DNA of 64,000 bases, taken from an uncultured Gemmatimonadales bacterium. Lineage in GTDB: Bacteria > Gemmatimonadota > Gemmatimonadetes > Gemmatimonadales > Gemmatimonadaceae. How positions within the stretch are numbered: the first letter of the stretch is position 1; each line of letters opens with the position of its first letter. Where the stretch lies: the NCBI GenBank assembly GCA_963701965.1, contig OY969695.1, positions 4,192,001 to 4,256,000 on the forward strand, given 5' to 3'. Below the pieces are notes generated by a model. It worked only from the letters and a program-made list of their open reading frames with translations, had not been told where the DNA came from and did not search any database. This document shows positions 40,141 to 49,490 of the stretch, in pieces. The position numbers were made by a program, and so were the translations under genes.

Positions 40141-40950
40141 ACGCGCGACCGCATCACGAGCGTGTGGCGATCGTAACCGGCGGTGGCCGGGGGATTGGCC
40201 GATCCATCGTGCTCGGTCTGGCGCGAGCCGGCGTTCACGTCCTCGCGACCGCGGCGCGCGAGCGCGGCGAGATCGAGGCCGTCGCCCGGGAAGCGGAAGA
40301 GGGCGATGCCAGGGCGAGCGTGATACCCCATCTGGCCGATGTGACGCAGGCGAGCGACTGCGAGCGCCTCGTTGACGCGGCCATCCAGCGTTTTGGCCGC
40401 CTGGACATTCTCGTGAACAATGCCGCCCGCGGCATGAAGTATGTGAACGAGGCGTTCATGACCGAGCCCACCCGTTTCTGGGAGATCTCCCCGGAGACGT
40501 GGCGGCTGCTCGTGGACACGAACGTCAACGGCACGTTTCTGATGGCCCGCGCGGCCGTGCCCGCGATGAGAGGAGTGGGCTGGGGACGCATCATCAACAT
40601 CTCCGTGAGCCGCGACACCATGCGCCGGCGCGGATTCTCGCCATACGGCCCGTCGAAGGCGGCGCTGGAATCGGCGACGGTCATTCTGGTCGCAGGACCT
40701 GGCCGGCACCGGTGTGACTGTCAACAGCCTGTTGCCCGGCGGGGCCACCCGCACCGGCATGCTGCCGAACGTGGTCTCCGACGAACTCCAGTCGAAATTG
40801 TTGGATCCCGACATCATGGTTCCGCCACTCATCTGGCTGATTTCGACTGACGCCGATGATGTCACGGGCAAGCGCTTCGTCGCGACGAAATGGCGCTCCG
40901 ACCTCCCGGGCAGGGAAGCCGCCGAAGCCGCGGCCGAACCCGCCGGCTGA
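40137..40950 (+). CDS. SDR oxidoreductase; apparent frameshift at ~40684
   Basis: VTGGGRGIG, LVNNAA and YGPSK; removing one T gives TVIWSQDLAGTGVTVNSLLPGG. Confidence 0.88.
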
Positions 40951-40961
40951 GGGTAGGCAGC

Positions 40962-40990
40962 AAAACGGCGCGCCGTGCGAGGCGCGCCGT
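40962..40990 (-). terminator. Intrinsic terminator between convergent genes
   Basis: 10-bp stem ACGGCGCGCC/GGCGCGCCGT, 6-nt loop, short T run on the minus strand. Confidence 0.7.
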
Positions 40991-41027
40991 CCATACCACG
41001 ACCAGCGAGCGACCGACGCGATGGGCG

Positions 41028-42251
41028 TCAGCGCAATGACTTGAACGCCGAGCGGAGATCGGTGACGAGGAGTTGCGGCTGCTCCCAAGCCGCGAAGTGG
41101 CCACCCCGGTCGACCTTGTTGTAGAAGATGAGTTTAGGGTACGCGCGTTCCGTCCAACTGCGCGGGGCCTCATAGAGCTCATCTGGAAACGCGGTGACGG
41201 CGACCGGGATAGGGACATGCTTCGGCGCAAAGAACGCGAGCTTGCTCTCCCAGTAGAGACGCGCCGACGAGATCGTCGTGTTCGTCAGCCAGTAGAGCGT
41301 GGCGTTGTCGAGGATGTCGTCCCGGGTGAGCCCCTCCGGCTTCCCGTCGAAGACGCGCGCCATGAGCGCGTAACTGACCGCGTCGTGGTCGATCATCCAC
41401 GCGGCCATCCCGACCGGCGAATCCCCGATCCCGTAGATAGTCTGCGGACGGTTCGCCATCTCCGTGGCGTAGCCCAGTCCGTGCGTGTAGAAAGCGTTGA
41501 TCTGATCGTACGCATGCTTCTCGTCGGCCGACAAGTTGGCGGGCGGCGGACCTCCGGACGCCAGCGCCTTGGCCACGTCGTCGGGCACGGTCGCCGGCAT
41601 GTTGGTATGAATGGCGATCAACTCCGGCGCCCCAAGCAGCGCCATCTGCTCCGTGACCGCGTTCCCCCAGTCGCCGCCTTGCGCCACGAATCGGGTGTAT
41701 CCCAGGCGCTTCATTAATACGACCCACGCCCGGGCGATGCGGATGGGATCCCAACCCGTCGTGGTCGGTTTTCCCGAAAACCCGTAGCCCGGAAGGGAAG
41801 GAATGACGACATCGAACGCGTCCGCCGCATTCCCGCCGTGCGCCGTGGGATGCGTCAGCGGATCAATGATCTTGAGCTGCTCGATGATCGACCCGGGCCA
41901 CCCGTGCGTGACGATCATCGGCAACGCGTTCTTTTCCTTCGAGCGTACATGAATGAAATGAATGTCGACGCCGTCGATGGTCGTGACGAATTGCGGCAAG
42001 GCATTGAGCCGCGCTTCGACCTTGCGCCAGTCGTACTGCGTGGCCCAATACTGCGCCAGCTTTTGTATCGTCGCGAGCTGGACGCCTTGCGATCCATCGG
42101 CCACAATCTCCCGATCCGGCCAGCGGGTCGCCGCGATGCGGCGCTTCATGTCGGCGAGCGTCTCGTCCGGAAAATGGACGTGAAATGGGCGGATCGCTTC
42201 CGGGCCCGTGTCCGACTTCGTGGACTGGGTTTCCATTTGTGTCTGCGGCAT
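41028..42251 (-). CDS. Epoxide hydrolase (microsomal EH / EHN type)
   Basis: IRPFHV, THGWPGS, PSLPGYGFS, QGGDWG and GGHFAAWEQP motifs. Confidence 0.95.
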   Translation of the reverse strand: MPQTQMETQSTKSDTGPEAIRPFHVHFPDETLADMKRRIAATRWPDREIVADGSQGVQLATIQKLAQYWATQYDWRKVEARLNALPQFVTTIDGVDIHFIHVRSKEKNALPMIVTHGWPGSIIEQLKIIDPLTHPTAHGGNAADAFDVVIPSLPGYGFSGKPTTTGWDPIRIARAWVVLMKRLGYTRFVAQGGDWGNAVTEQMALLGAPELIAIHTNMPATVPDDVAKALASGGPPPANLSADEKHAYDQINAFYTHGLGYATEMANRPQTIYGIGDSPVGMAAWMIDHDAVSYALMARVFDGKPEGLTRDDILDNATLYWLTNTTISSARLYWESKLAFFAPKHVPIPVAVTAFPDELYEAPRSWTERAYPKLIFYNKVDRGGHFAAWEQPQLLVTDLRSAFKSLR

Positions 42252-42367
42252 GGCGATCGTTTCCCCTATTCTCGAGTCGCCACGAGGTTATGCCAATACT
42301 CGCACCGTTGCCATGATCCCTTCGTACCATTGTGACCGGGCCCAGCCGGCGCGCTCAACAGTGTGGT

Positions 42368-42383
42368 TGGCACGCAGGTTGAT
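42368..42383 (+). promoter_or_regulatory. Possible sigma54 -24/-12 promoter
   Basis: TGGCACG-CAGG-TTGAT versus consensus TGGCACG-N4-TTGCW; the -12 C is replaced by A. Lies upstream of the VOC gene. Confidence 0.4.
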
Positions 42384-42429
42384 CTAGGAGGCGCAATTTA
42401 TCCGACACCCAGGTCGAAGGAGAGACACC

Positions 42430-42807
42430 ATGCTCAACCGTTCAAATCCGATGGCTACGATTCCTGTGAAGGACATGGCAGCCGCGAAGCGATTCTACGA
42501 AGGGACGCTCGGGCTATCCCAAGTCGACGATACGATGGGCGCGATCACGTACAAAGGCGGCGACGCGAAGCTCATGGTGTACCAATCGGAATTCGCCGGG
42601 AGCAACAAGGCGACCGCGGCGACCTGGCAGGTGGGCAAGGAAGTCGACGCGATCGCTCGCGATCTTGCCGCCAAAGGTGTGCCCTTCGAGCACTATGACG
42701 ATATCCCGGATCTGCGGCGCGAAGGGGACGTGCACATCGCCGGCGACTTGAGAATGGCGTGGTTCAAAGACCCGACCGGCAATATCCTGGCGATCGTCAG
42801 CGGGTGA
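42430..42807 (+). CDS. VOC/glyoxalase family protein
   Basis: AAGGAG RBS; AKRFYEGTLGL and AWFKDPTGNIL motifs. Confidence 0.9.
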   Translation: MLNRSNPMATIPVKDMAAAKRFYEGTLGLSQVDDTMGAITYKGGDAKLMVYQSEFAGSNKATAATWQVGKEVDAIARDLAAKGVPFEHYDDIPDLRREGDVHIAGDLRMAWFKDPTGNILAIVSG

Positions 42808-43090
42808 TCGCTCGACGGAGACGCCTCGCACCCGCTGGCAGTGCGGTAACCGTGCCGGAGCGTGTCACGAGACCGACGTCCGCCTCGGTAGACTCACGCC
42901 CACCGGTCTCAGCGGCTCTTCACGACTCTCTTATGCGCACCGCGTGCCTCTTCATGCGCACTTCATGACCGACTCGAGATATTTCCTGTCATGAGCAACG
43001 ACACCTTCCCGATGGACTGGAGCGAACGGCTCGTCCGTTGGACTGCGGCATTCGTGGAGAGCGTCCGTCGTGCGGCTGACCACAAGACGA

Positions 43091-43327
43091 CTACACCAGT
43101 GGAGCATGGCGCGCGCTACGTGGGGATGACGAGCGATCCGGAGCTCCATCCGCACTAGTTGGACACAACCGGCGCGATGACCTGAGACGGCGCCTGGCGC
43201 GGACGAGAGTCAACGCGCGCGCCAGGTCGTCCGCTTCGCGGGGATCGAGTTGGACAGGACTCAGGGTACGGAGTACGACGAACAGCGCGAGACCGACGAT
43301 GACGACCGGTGGGATCCACCACAGCAT
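43091..43327 (-). CDS. Possible small single-pass membrane protein
   Basis: MLWWIPPVVIVGLALFVVLRTL hydrophobic N-terminus; no family recognised. Confidence 0.3.
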   Translation of the reverse strand: MLWWIPPVVIVGLALFVVLRTLSPVQLDPREADDLARALTLVRARRRLRSSRRLCPTSADGAPDRSSSPRSARHAPLV

Positions 43328-43443
43328 CGCATCGGTGAGCACACTGGCTGGCATGCCGCCAGTTTATCGCGTGCTCCATGAACAAGTCATGAACGCGATC
43401 GTCGCGCGCGTGAAGGATTCGTGAATCCGCGCGTCCTGTCAGG

Positions 43444-43857
43444 TCATTCGACGAACCGACGGACCTCGACATGCCCTCCGTACTTCCAATGCGGACACGT
43501 CGCCGCCACTCGATCGGCATCGGCGTCGCTCGGGGCCCGAACGATGAACATGCCCGTGATCTCGCCGGGCCCGATCAATCGTCCCCCCCGATCGACTCCC
43601 ACGCTATCGGCCCACCGTGCATACTCGTGGATCCGCTCCTCCATATGGCCCGGCGGTGGCAGGCGATACGTGGAGTCCTGGTGCAGGAGGAAGACGTAGG
43701 GACTGCCTTTCTGCGCCGACCAGTTGTGGACGAAGAGCAGCACGAGCGCGGCGGCGAGGGGGGCCAACAGCCACATCGCCGATCGTCGCCGAGGCCGGAT
43801 TTCGCCAGCTTGGATCAAGGCCCGCACCACGCGGTCCTCGAGAGGGACGTGTGTCAT
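43444..43857 (-). CDS. Putative anti-sigma factor: short N-terminus, TM helix, YCII-like C-terminal domain
   Basis: ATGA-coupled to the ECF sigma. TM helix WLLAPLAAALVLLFV; C-terminus GMFIVRA...A...A..CPH...GG.VEVR. Confidence 0.7.
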   Translation of the reverse strand: MTHVPLEDRVVRALIQAGEIRPRRRSAMWLLAPLAAALVLLFVHNWSAQKGSPYVFLLHQDSTYRLPPPGHMEERIHEYARWADSVGVDRGGRLIGPGEITGMFIVRAPSDADADRVAATCPHWKYGGHVEVRRFVE

Positions 43858-44363
43858 GGTAGCAATCCCCGGAGCAGGCTCCGAGCGCGGTTGAGTTGGC
43901 TTTTTGATGTCCCGACGACAATGCCCAGCATGCCGGCGATCTCTTCGTGAGTGTAACCGTGGACGTCGTGCAGGACGAAGATGTCGCGCGCACCCTCCGG
44001 TAATCCGGCGATGGCGCGTTCGAGATCCAACGCGTCATCGGTGACGACGCCGTTGGGCGCGATCGCGTCGTCTACGGGTGCTTCCACGATGCGCCACGCC
44101 GTGCGAATACGTTCGCGCCGCACGTTGACCAGAAAGCCGCAGAGCCACGAGCGCAGCGTCGATTCGGCGCGGAACGTGGAGAGCGCCCGAACCGCCCGCA
44201 GCCAACTCTCCTGAACCAGATCCTCGGCTTCGCCGGCGTCGCCACCCGCGAGGCGAAGCGCCAGCGCATACAGCGCTGGCGTATGGATGCGATACAGCGA
44301 TCGAAACGCGTCCTCGCCGCGCGACCGTAAGAACTGCCGGACGAGCGCGAGGTCGTCGTTCAC
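43854..44363 (-). CDS. ECF sigma-70 factor (copy A)
   Basis: AEDLVQESW, FRAESTLRSWL and LHDVHGYTHEEIAGMLGIVVGTSKSQLNRAR motifs; GTGA overlap with the upstream gene. Confidence 0.93.
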   Translation of the reverse strand: MNDDLALVRQFLRSRGEDAFRSLYRIHTPALYALALRLAGGDAGEAEDLVQESWLRAVRALSTFRAESTLRSWLCGFLVNVRRERIRTAWRIVEAPVDDAIAPNGVVTDDALDLERAIAGLPEGARDIFVLHDVHGYTHEEIAGMLGIVVGTSKSQLNRARSLLRGLLP

Positions 44364-44959
44364 CGGGCGGGCGTGGGGTCGATCCAATCGCGAGCGACAA
44401 TGACGAGCGCCGAGCTCGGCGTCGCTGGATCGAGCACCATGGGGATGCTACCGTCGGACGATGGCACCAGTCCCATGTCCGCGGTGCGCATGCCCGGGTA
44501 GAAGACCATGACGTGCGGCAGCCACTTGCCGATCACGGTCCCATCGGGATTGGGCAACCGCTGGGCGGACGACAACATGAACACGAGCGCCGGGCGCGAA
44601 GGCGTCCGGAAGCGACCGGCGGCCCTCCCGTCCGCTATGGCGCGGGCGATGTCGGCATTCGAGCGGCCCGCCAGACGCTGCTCGACCCGAAAGCGCTCCA
44701 CGGCCAGGATGGTGGTATCGGCCTCGGCGTCACCGCACTCCGGTTCCAGTGACGTCTCCACGCTCCGAATGACCATGCACGCCTCGCCGGAATGACCGGG
44801 CTCGGCGACGACATAGTGGTTGTCGGCGAGCACATAGATCCGGGCGTCCTTCGCAACCGCCGGCGGCGCCGCGCTTCGGGCGAGCCGGATTTCGTCATTG
44901 CGCGACTGGGCCGCGGCGATGACGGGAACCAATAGGGCTACTGATAGAAGTATACGCAT
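44360..44959 (-). CDS. Secreted protein of unknown function (paralog of 45733-46444)
   Basis: Signal peptide; EIRLARSAAP, G.ACMV.RS, PEC, FMLSS and PHVMVF motifs. Confidence 0.8.
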   Translation of the reverse strand: MRILLSVALLVPVIAAAQSRNDEIRLARSAAPPAVAKDARIYVLADNHYVVAEPGHSGEACMVIRSVETSLEPECGDAEADTTILAVERFRVEQRLAGRSNADIARAIADGRAAGRFRTPSRPALVFMLSSAQRLPNPDGTVIGKWLPHVMVFYPGMRTADMGLVPSSDGSIPMVLDPATPSSALVIVARDWIDPTPAR

Positions 44960-44965
44960 ATCCAT

Positions 44966-44992
44966 GAGTGAAGGAAGCGGCACTTAAGGTTG
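44966..44992 (-). promoter_or_regulatory. ECF-type promoter CAACCTT-N14-TCACTC
   Basis: One of three identically spaced copies; ATG 44959 follows after 6 nt with no RBS. Confidence 0.75.
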
Positions 44993-45010
44993 TAGGGCCT
45001 ACGAGTCGTG

Positions 45011-45553
45011 TCACGGCAGCGATTCCCGAAGTAGGCGCCGGGCGCGGTTGAGTTGGCTTTTGGATGTCCCGACGACGATGCCGAGCATTTCGGCGATCTC
45101 CTCATGGGTGTATCCCTCGACGTCATGCAGGACGAAGACGTCGCGCGTTCCCTCGGGTAACCCGGCGATAGCGCGCTCGAGATCCGGCGCGTCGCCGGTG
45201 ACCCCGTGGAGCACGATCGGTTCGTCCGCGGGCCTCTCCACGGTCCGCCACGCCGTCCTCAGTCGCTCGCGCCGCACGCTGACCACAAAACGGGTGAGCC
45301 ACGAGTGCAGAGTCGATTCGGCGTGGAACGTGGAGAGCACGCGAACGGCGCTCAGCCAACTCTCCTGGACCAAGACCTCCGCCTCGCCCGCGTCGCCATC
45401 GGCCAGACGAAGCGCCAGCGCGTAGAGCGCTGGCGTGTGGATGCGATAGAGCGACCGAAAGGCGTCCTCTCCGCGGGAGCGTAAGAAGTGCTGGACGAGC
45501 GCGAGATCGTCGCTCCCACTGACGCGGGCCGGGTGCGGTTGTGGTGTAGGCAC
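45011..45553 (-). CDS. ECF sigma-70 factor (copy B, close paralog of copy A)
   Basis: Shares DDLALV.xFLRSRGEDAFRSLYRIHTPALYALALRLA and GYTHEEIA.MLGIVVGTSKSQLNRAR with copy A; likely GTG start at 45553. Confidence 0.92.
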   Translation of the reverse strand: MPTPQPHPARVSGSDDLALVQHFLRSRGEDAFRSLYRIHTPALYALALRLADGDAGEAEVLVQESWLSAVRVLSTFHAESTLHSWLTRFVVSVRRERLRTAWRTVERPADEPIVLHGVTGDAPDLERAIAGLPEGTRDVFVLHDVEGYTHEEIAEMLGIVVGTSKSQLNRARRLLRESLP

Positions 45554-45559
45554 ATACGT

Positions 45560-45586
45560 TAGTGAAGGAACCGGCCCAAAAGGTTG
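45560..45586 (-). promoter_or_regulatory. ECF-type promoter CAACCTT-N14-TCACTA
   Basis: Second copy; in-frame GTG 45553 follows after 6 nt. Confidence 0.75.
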
Positions 45587-45647
45587 GAAGGCCCGCCGGC
45601 GGAGGCGGTGCATGGCGGGGGACCGCCCCTGACGTCAACGACTCCTC

Positions 45648-45674
45648 CAACCTTTTGTCGGTCGCGCGTCACTC
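45648..45674 (+). promoter_or_regulatory. ECF-type promoter CAACCTT-N14-TCACTC
   Basis: Third copy, divergent, upstream of the secreted protein-SusC-SusD unit. Confidence 0.75.
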
Positions 45675-45732
45675 AGTGTGATAGACCCAGCACCAGAATG
45701 CTATCACGGATACTTCTCTGAGGAGACGGGTG

Positions 45733-46444
45733 ATGCCACGAAGGATCACAGGGTCGATCGTGTGGACACGCGTCGCCACGGTCGCGGCCCTGGGACTCGC
45801 GCAATCATCGCACGCCCAAAGCGCCGCGACCCCGTATCCCCGCATGGCGCCTATTGGGCAATACCTGATGGATCGCACGGCGGAGATTGCCCTGGCCAAG
45901 AGCGCCGCCCCCGCGTCGGTATCGGATAAAGCCCAAATCCTGGTGCTCGGACCGAAGGGCTACGAGACCGCGATCGAAGGGACCAACGGCTTCGTCTGCC
46001 TCGTCGAGCGATCGTGGCAGGCCGATTTCGACGACCCGGAGTTCTGGAATCCCAAGATTCGAGGCGCCGGGTGCTTCAACCCTGCCGCCGCACGCTCCGT
46101 CGTACCGGCGAAGGTGAAACGGCAGCAGATGATCCTGGCGGGACTGTCCAAGGCGCAGGTGATGGACAGTATCAAGGCCGCATTGGATCGGGGAACCCTG
46201 GTGGCACCCGCACCCGGCGCGATGTGCTACATGATGTCCAAAGTCGCGTACCTGAACGATCACGGCGACATGGCCCATTCTGATGTTCTTCCTCCCGCTC
46301 ACCGACGACAAAGTCTGGCCCGCGAGCGGGCCGACGCCGCCGTTCTTTGTCGATCAAAATCCGGTGGACCGCGTCACCACCCTCATCATCCCGACCGGCC
46401 ATTGGTCGGACGGCGCCCCGGCGTCGACTGGCGCGAAGGGATAA
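45733..46444 (+). CDS. Secreted protein of unknown function; apparent frameshift at ~46278
   Basis: GAGGAG RBS and signal peptide; EIALAKSAAP, GTNGFVCLVERSW and AMCYMMSK. Removing one T gives HLMFFLP...IPTGHWSDG...TAA 46444. Confidence 0.82.
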
Positions 46445-46488
46445 CCGGGATCCGCAGGACAGGCACCTTCAACCTTTCGGAGGCACAC

Positions 46489-49488
46489 GTGACGACAGTA
46501 TTTGTGCGAAGAGTGTGGCGAACGGCACTCACCATCGGTCTAGTAGCGCTGGGGAGCGCCGCGTCGACGGCAGCCCAGGCCCAGGGTACGCCGCGTCGTC
46601 TCACAGGGCATGTCATCGAGGCCGACGGGAAATCCCCCGTCCCGGCGGCGAGTGTCCGGGTCGGCAACAGTACCATCGGAAGTTTGACGACGGACAGTGG
46701 CACGTTCTCGCTCCGCGTGCCGGACGGCGCGCTGACGTTGACGGTCCGACGGATCGGCTATACGAGCAATACCGTGTCGGTCGCCGCCGATCAGAATGAT
46801 GTGACCATCTCGCTTACGCGCGACATCCTCAAGCTCGATGCCGAAGTGATCACCGGAGTGGCCACGACGATCTCGTCGAAGAACTCGGCGAATGACGTCG
46901 CGGTACTCAACGCGGATCAGATCAACCAGGTCCCCTCACCGACGATCGAGAACGCCCTGCAGGGCAAGATCGCGGGCGCCGTGATTCAGCAGAACAACGG
47001 TGGCGCCCCCGGTGGCGGCATGCAAGTCCAGATCCGCGGCGTCACGTCGATCAACTCCGATGCCTCGCCGCTGTACGTGGTCGACGGCGTGATCCTGAAC
47101 AACCAGACGATGAATAGTGGCGCGAACGCTGTGACCCAGTCAGCGAGCGTCATGCCCAAACAGTCGAGCCAGGACAACAGCGCGAACCGCATCGCCGATC
47201 TGAACCCGGACGACATCGAGACGATCGAGGTGTTGAAGGGGGCGTCGGCGGCCGCGATCTACGGGTCGAAGGCCGCATCGGGTGTCATCGTGATCACGAC
47301 GAAGAAGGGCCTCCCCGGCGCGCCGCAGTGGGATCTGTCGGGACAGGCCGGCACATACACGCCGTCGAACACGCTCCAGATGCGTACGTTCCCCACCTAT
47401 CAGAGCGCGAACGCGTGGTATATGAAGGACTTTCGCAGTCCGACGCCCTTGCCCTTGAGCATGTACGCCGGCAATCAAGACTATCAGAACCAGCTCTTCG
47501 GCGGCGGCCAGCTCTCGGGTCAGGGCGATCTGAGCGTCCGCGGCGCGAACAACAACACGAACTACTATGCGTCATTGCACGATCAGTACGACAATGGGAT
47601 CATGCTCGGTACTAGCTACAACAAGCAAGCGGCCCGGACGAACCTGACCGAGACGTTCTCTCCCGCGCTCACCGTCTCGACGAACCTGTACGTTCAGCAC
47701 TCGGTCACCACCCGCGGCATCACCGGCAATGACAACGTCGGGGTCAGCCCGTACAACATCTTTTCGGTGACGCCGCAATTCGTCAAACTGAATTCGTTCT
47801 CGCAGAATACGTGGGCTAATAATCCGTTCGGATTCGGCAATCCGTTTGCCGACGCCGCAGAGATTCAGACGCCGTCGGACGTCAATCGCTTCATTGGCGG
47901 CGGCACCGCGAACTTGCAGCTGTTCCACAGCGACCGGCAGGACCTGCGCCTGTCGCTGATCGCGGGGGTCGACCTGACCGGCGAGCACGACATCAACTAT
48001 GCGCCGCCCGATCTCGAGCTCGAGCAGCACCAGTCGCTGCCGGGCACGTCGAACCTGAGCAATGTGAATACCACGTACTACAACTACTCGATCAGCCTGA
48101 TCCATCACTTCACGGGGCTCTCGTTCCTCGACGCCACGACGTCGATCGGCGAATCGCAGGATCGGCGTACGGTCGACAACCCGAACCTCGTTGGACAAAG
48201 CCTTCCGCCCGGGATTGTCAGTCCGACCGCCGGACAGGTACAGACGACGTTCGAGAACAGAACCGATACGAAGACAATGACACTCTACGCGCAGGAACAG
48301 CTGCTCACGCTATCCCAGCGGCTATCCCTCACGGCCGGCGTGACGGCGGATCGCAACTCGAACAACGGCAACTTCTCGGCCTACTATCTGTATCCGAAGT
48401 TCGCCGCATCGTTCCGGATCCCGCAGTTCGTGGGCTTCATCAATGACGTCAAGCTCCGCTCGGCATACGGTCAGTCGGGCACGGCGCCGACATACGGATT
48501 CAACTACGCCAGCAACTCGAGTTGCGCGCCCGCCCTGAACACATCCCAGGCGCTGCTCTGCGGCTATACGGCGCCCAACGTCAATCTGAACGACCCGCAC
48601 ATCACGCCCGAAAAGAGCACCGAGACCGAGGCGGGAATCGACATCACCGCGTTCAAGTCGCGGGCGCAGTTCTCCGGTACGGTCTACAACAAGCAAATCT
48701 CTAACCTCGTGCTGTTCACGGCACCGGCGCAGGCGACCGGCTTGAGCCAGATCATCCTGAACGGTGGGCAATTCACCAATCAGGGCATCGAGCTCTCGCT
48801 CCAGATGTCCCCGATCGCCAACCCGCGAGGGCTCACCTGGATCTCGAACGCGACGTTCTACCGCAACTACAGCCGCGTGGACGCGCTCCCGTTTGGACCG
48901 TTCGTCGCGGGGTCCGGGTTCGGTGGGGGGTTTGGGGAGAACGAAGTTCGGGTCGGGCGTTCCGTAACGCAGATCGTCGATCCGGGTATCAAGAACGCGG
49001 ATAGCAGCGTGAAGCAGATCGGCGATGCGCAACCGTCCAATGTGATGAGCTTTTCGCAGCAGCTCTCGTTTGGTCGTCTGCATCTCTCCGGCGTGCTGGA
49101 TTGGTATGTCGGTGGGAGCGTCGCCAATTTGACCAACGCCTACTTCGATACGCGGCTCCTTCTGCTGGCCGATACGGCCGCGTCTCTGGCGCGCGCGAAT
49201 GCGCCGCCGACTCAGCACCCGTACATCGAATCCGCGCGGTTCGTCAAGCTCCGCGAGGTTCGGCTGAGCTATGATGTGCCCGATCGGTGGGTGCGTACGA
49301 TCGGAGCGGGACGGCTCCGCACCATGCGCATCGACCTGTCGGGTCGCAACCTCATATCCAGCTTCCCCTATTCCGGACTTGATCCGGAAGTGTCGAACTT
49401 CGGCAATAGCCAGATCTCACGCGGGCAAGACGTCACGCCGTATCCGCCTGCCAGAAGCTTCTTCTTCGGCGTCGACCTAGGGCTCTGA
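46489..49488 (+). CDS. SusC/RagA-family TonB-dependent outer membrane transporter
   Basis: GGAGG then GTG 46489; CarboxypepD-like N-domain; ALQGKIAG, PLYVVDGV and DLNPDDIETIEVLKGASAAAIYGSKAASGVIVITTKKG; C-terminus YPPARSFFFGVDLGL. Confidence 0.95.
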   Translation: MTTVFVRRVWRTALTIGLVALGSAASTAAQAQGTPRRLTGHVIEADGKSPVPAASVRVGNSTIGSLTTDSGTFSLRVPDGALTLTVRRIGYTSNTVSVAADQNDVTISLTRDILKLDAEVITGVATTISSKNSANDVAVLNADQINQVPSPTIENALQGKIAGAVIQQNNGGAPGGGMQVQIRGVTSINSDASPLYVVDGVILNNQTMNSGANAVTQSASVMPKQSSQDNSANRIADLNPDDIETIEVLKGASAAAIYGSKAASGVIVITTKKGLPGAPQWDLSGQAGTYTPSNTLQMRTFPTYQSANAWYMKDFRSPTPLPLSMYAGNQDYQNQLFGGGQLSGQGDLSVRGANNNTNYYASLHDQYDNGIMLGTSYNKQAARTNLTETFSPALTVSTNLYVQHSVTTRGITGNDNVGVSPYNIFSVTPQFVKLNSFSQNTWANNPFGFGNPFADAAEIQTPSDVNRFIGGGTANLQLFHSDRQDLRLSLIAGVDLTGEHDINYAPPDLELEQHQSLPGTSNLSNVNTTYYNYSISLIHHFTGLSFLDATTSIGESQDRRTVDNPNLVGQSLPPGIVSPTAGQVQTTFENRTDTKTMTLYAQEQLLTLSQRLSLTAGVTADRNSNNGNFSAYYLYPKFAASFRIPQFVGFINDVKLRSAYGQSGTAPTYGFNYASNSSCAPALNTSQALLCGYTAPNVNLNDPHITPEKSTETEAGIDITAFKSRAQFSGTVYNKQISNLVLFTAPAQATGLSQIILNGGQFTNQGIELSLQMSPIANPRGLTWISNATFYRNYSRVDALPFGPFVAGSGFGGGFGENEVRVGRSVTQIVDPGIKNADSSVKQIGDAQPSNVMSFSQQLSFGRLHLSGVLDWYVGGSVANLTNAYFDTRLLLLADTAASLARANAPPTQHPYIESARFVKLREVRLSYDVPDRWVRTIGAGRLRTMRIDLSGRNLISSFPYSGLDPEVSNFGNSQISRGQDVTPYPPARSFFFGVDLGL

Positions 49489-49490
49489 CC

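Noticed and set aside
42830..43090. Possible ncRNA or riboswitch in the long spacer after the VOC gene
   Set aside because: No recognisable conserved motif or convincing stem set by eye; an Rfam/Infernal scan would be needed.
46470..46495. Fourth CAACCTT promoter in front of susC
   Set aside because: The -35-like CAACCTT is present, but the position 14 nt downstream reads GACGA rather than TCACT and overlaps the start codon.
45730..49488. 1252-aa ORF suggesting a novel N-terminal domain fused to SusC
   Set aside because: A one-base insertion at ~46278 bypasses the real stop at 46444. SusC has its own RBS, GTG 46489 and signal peptide.
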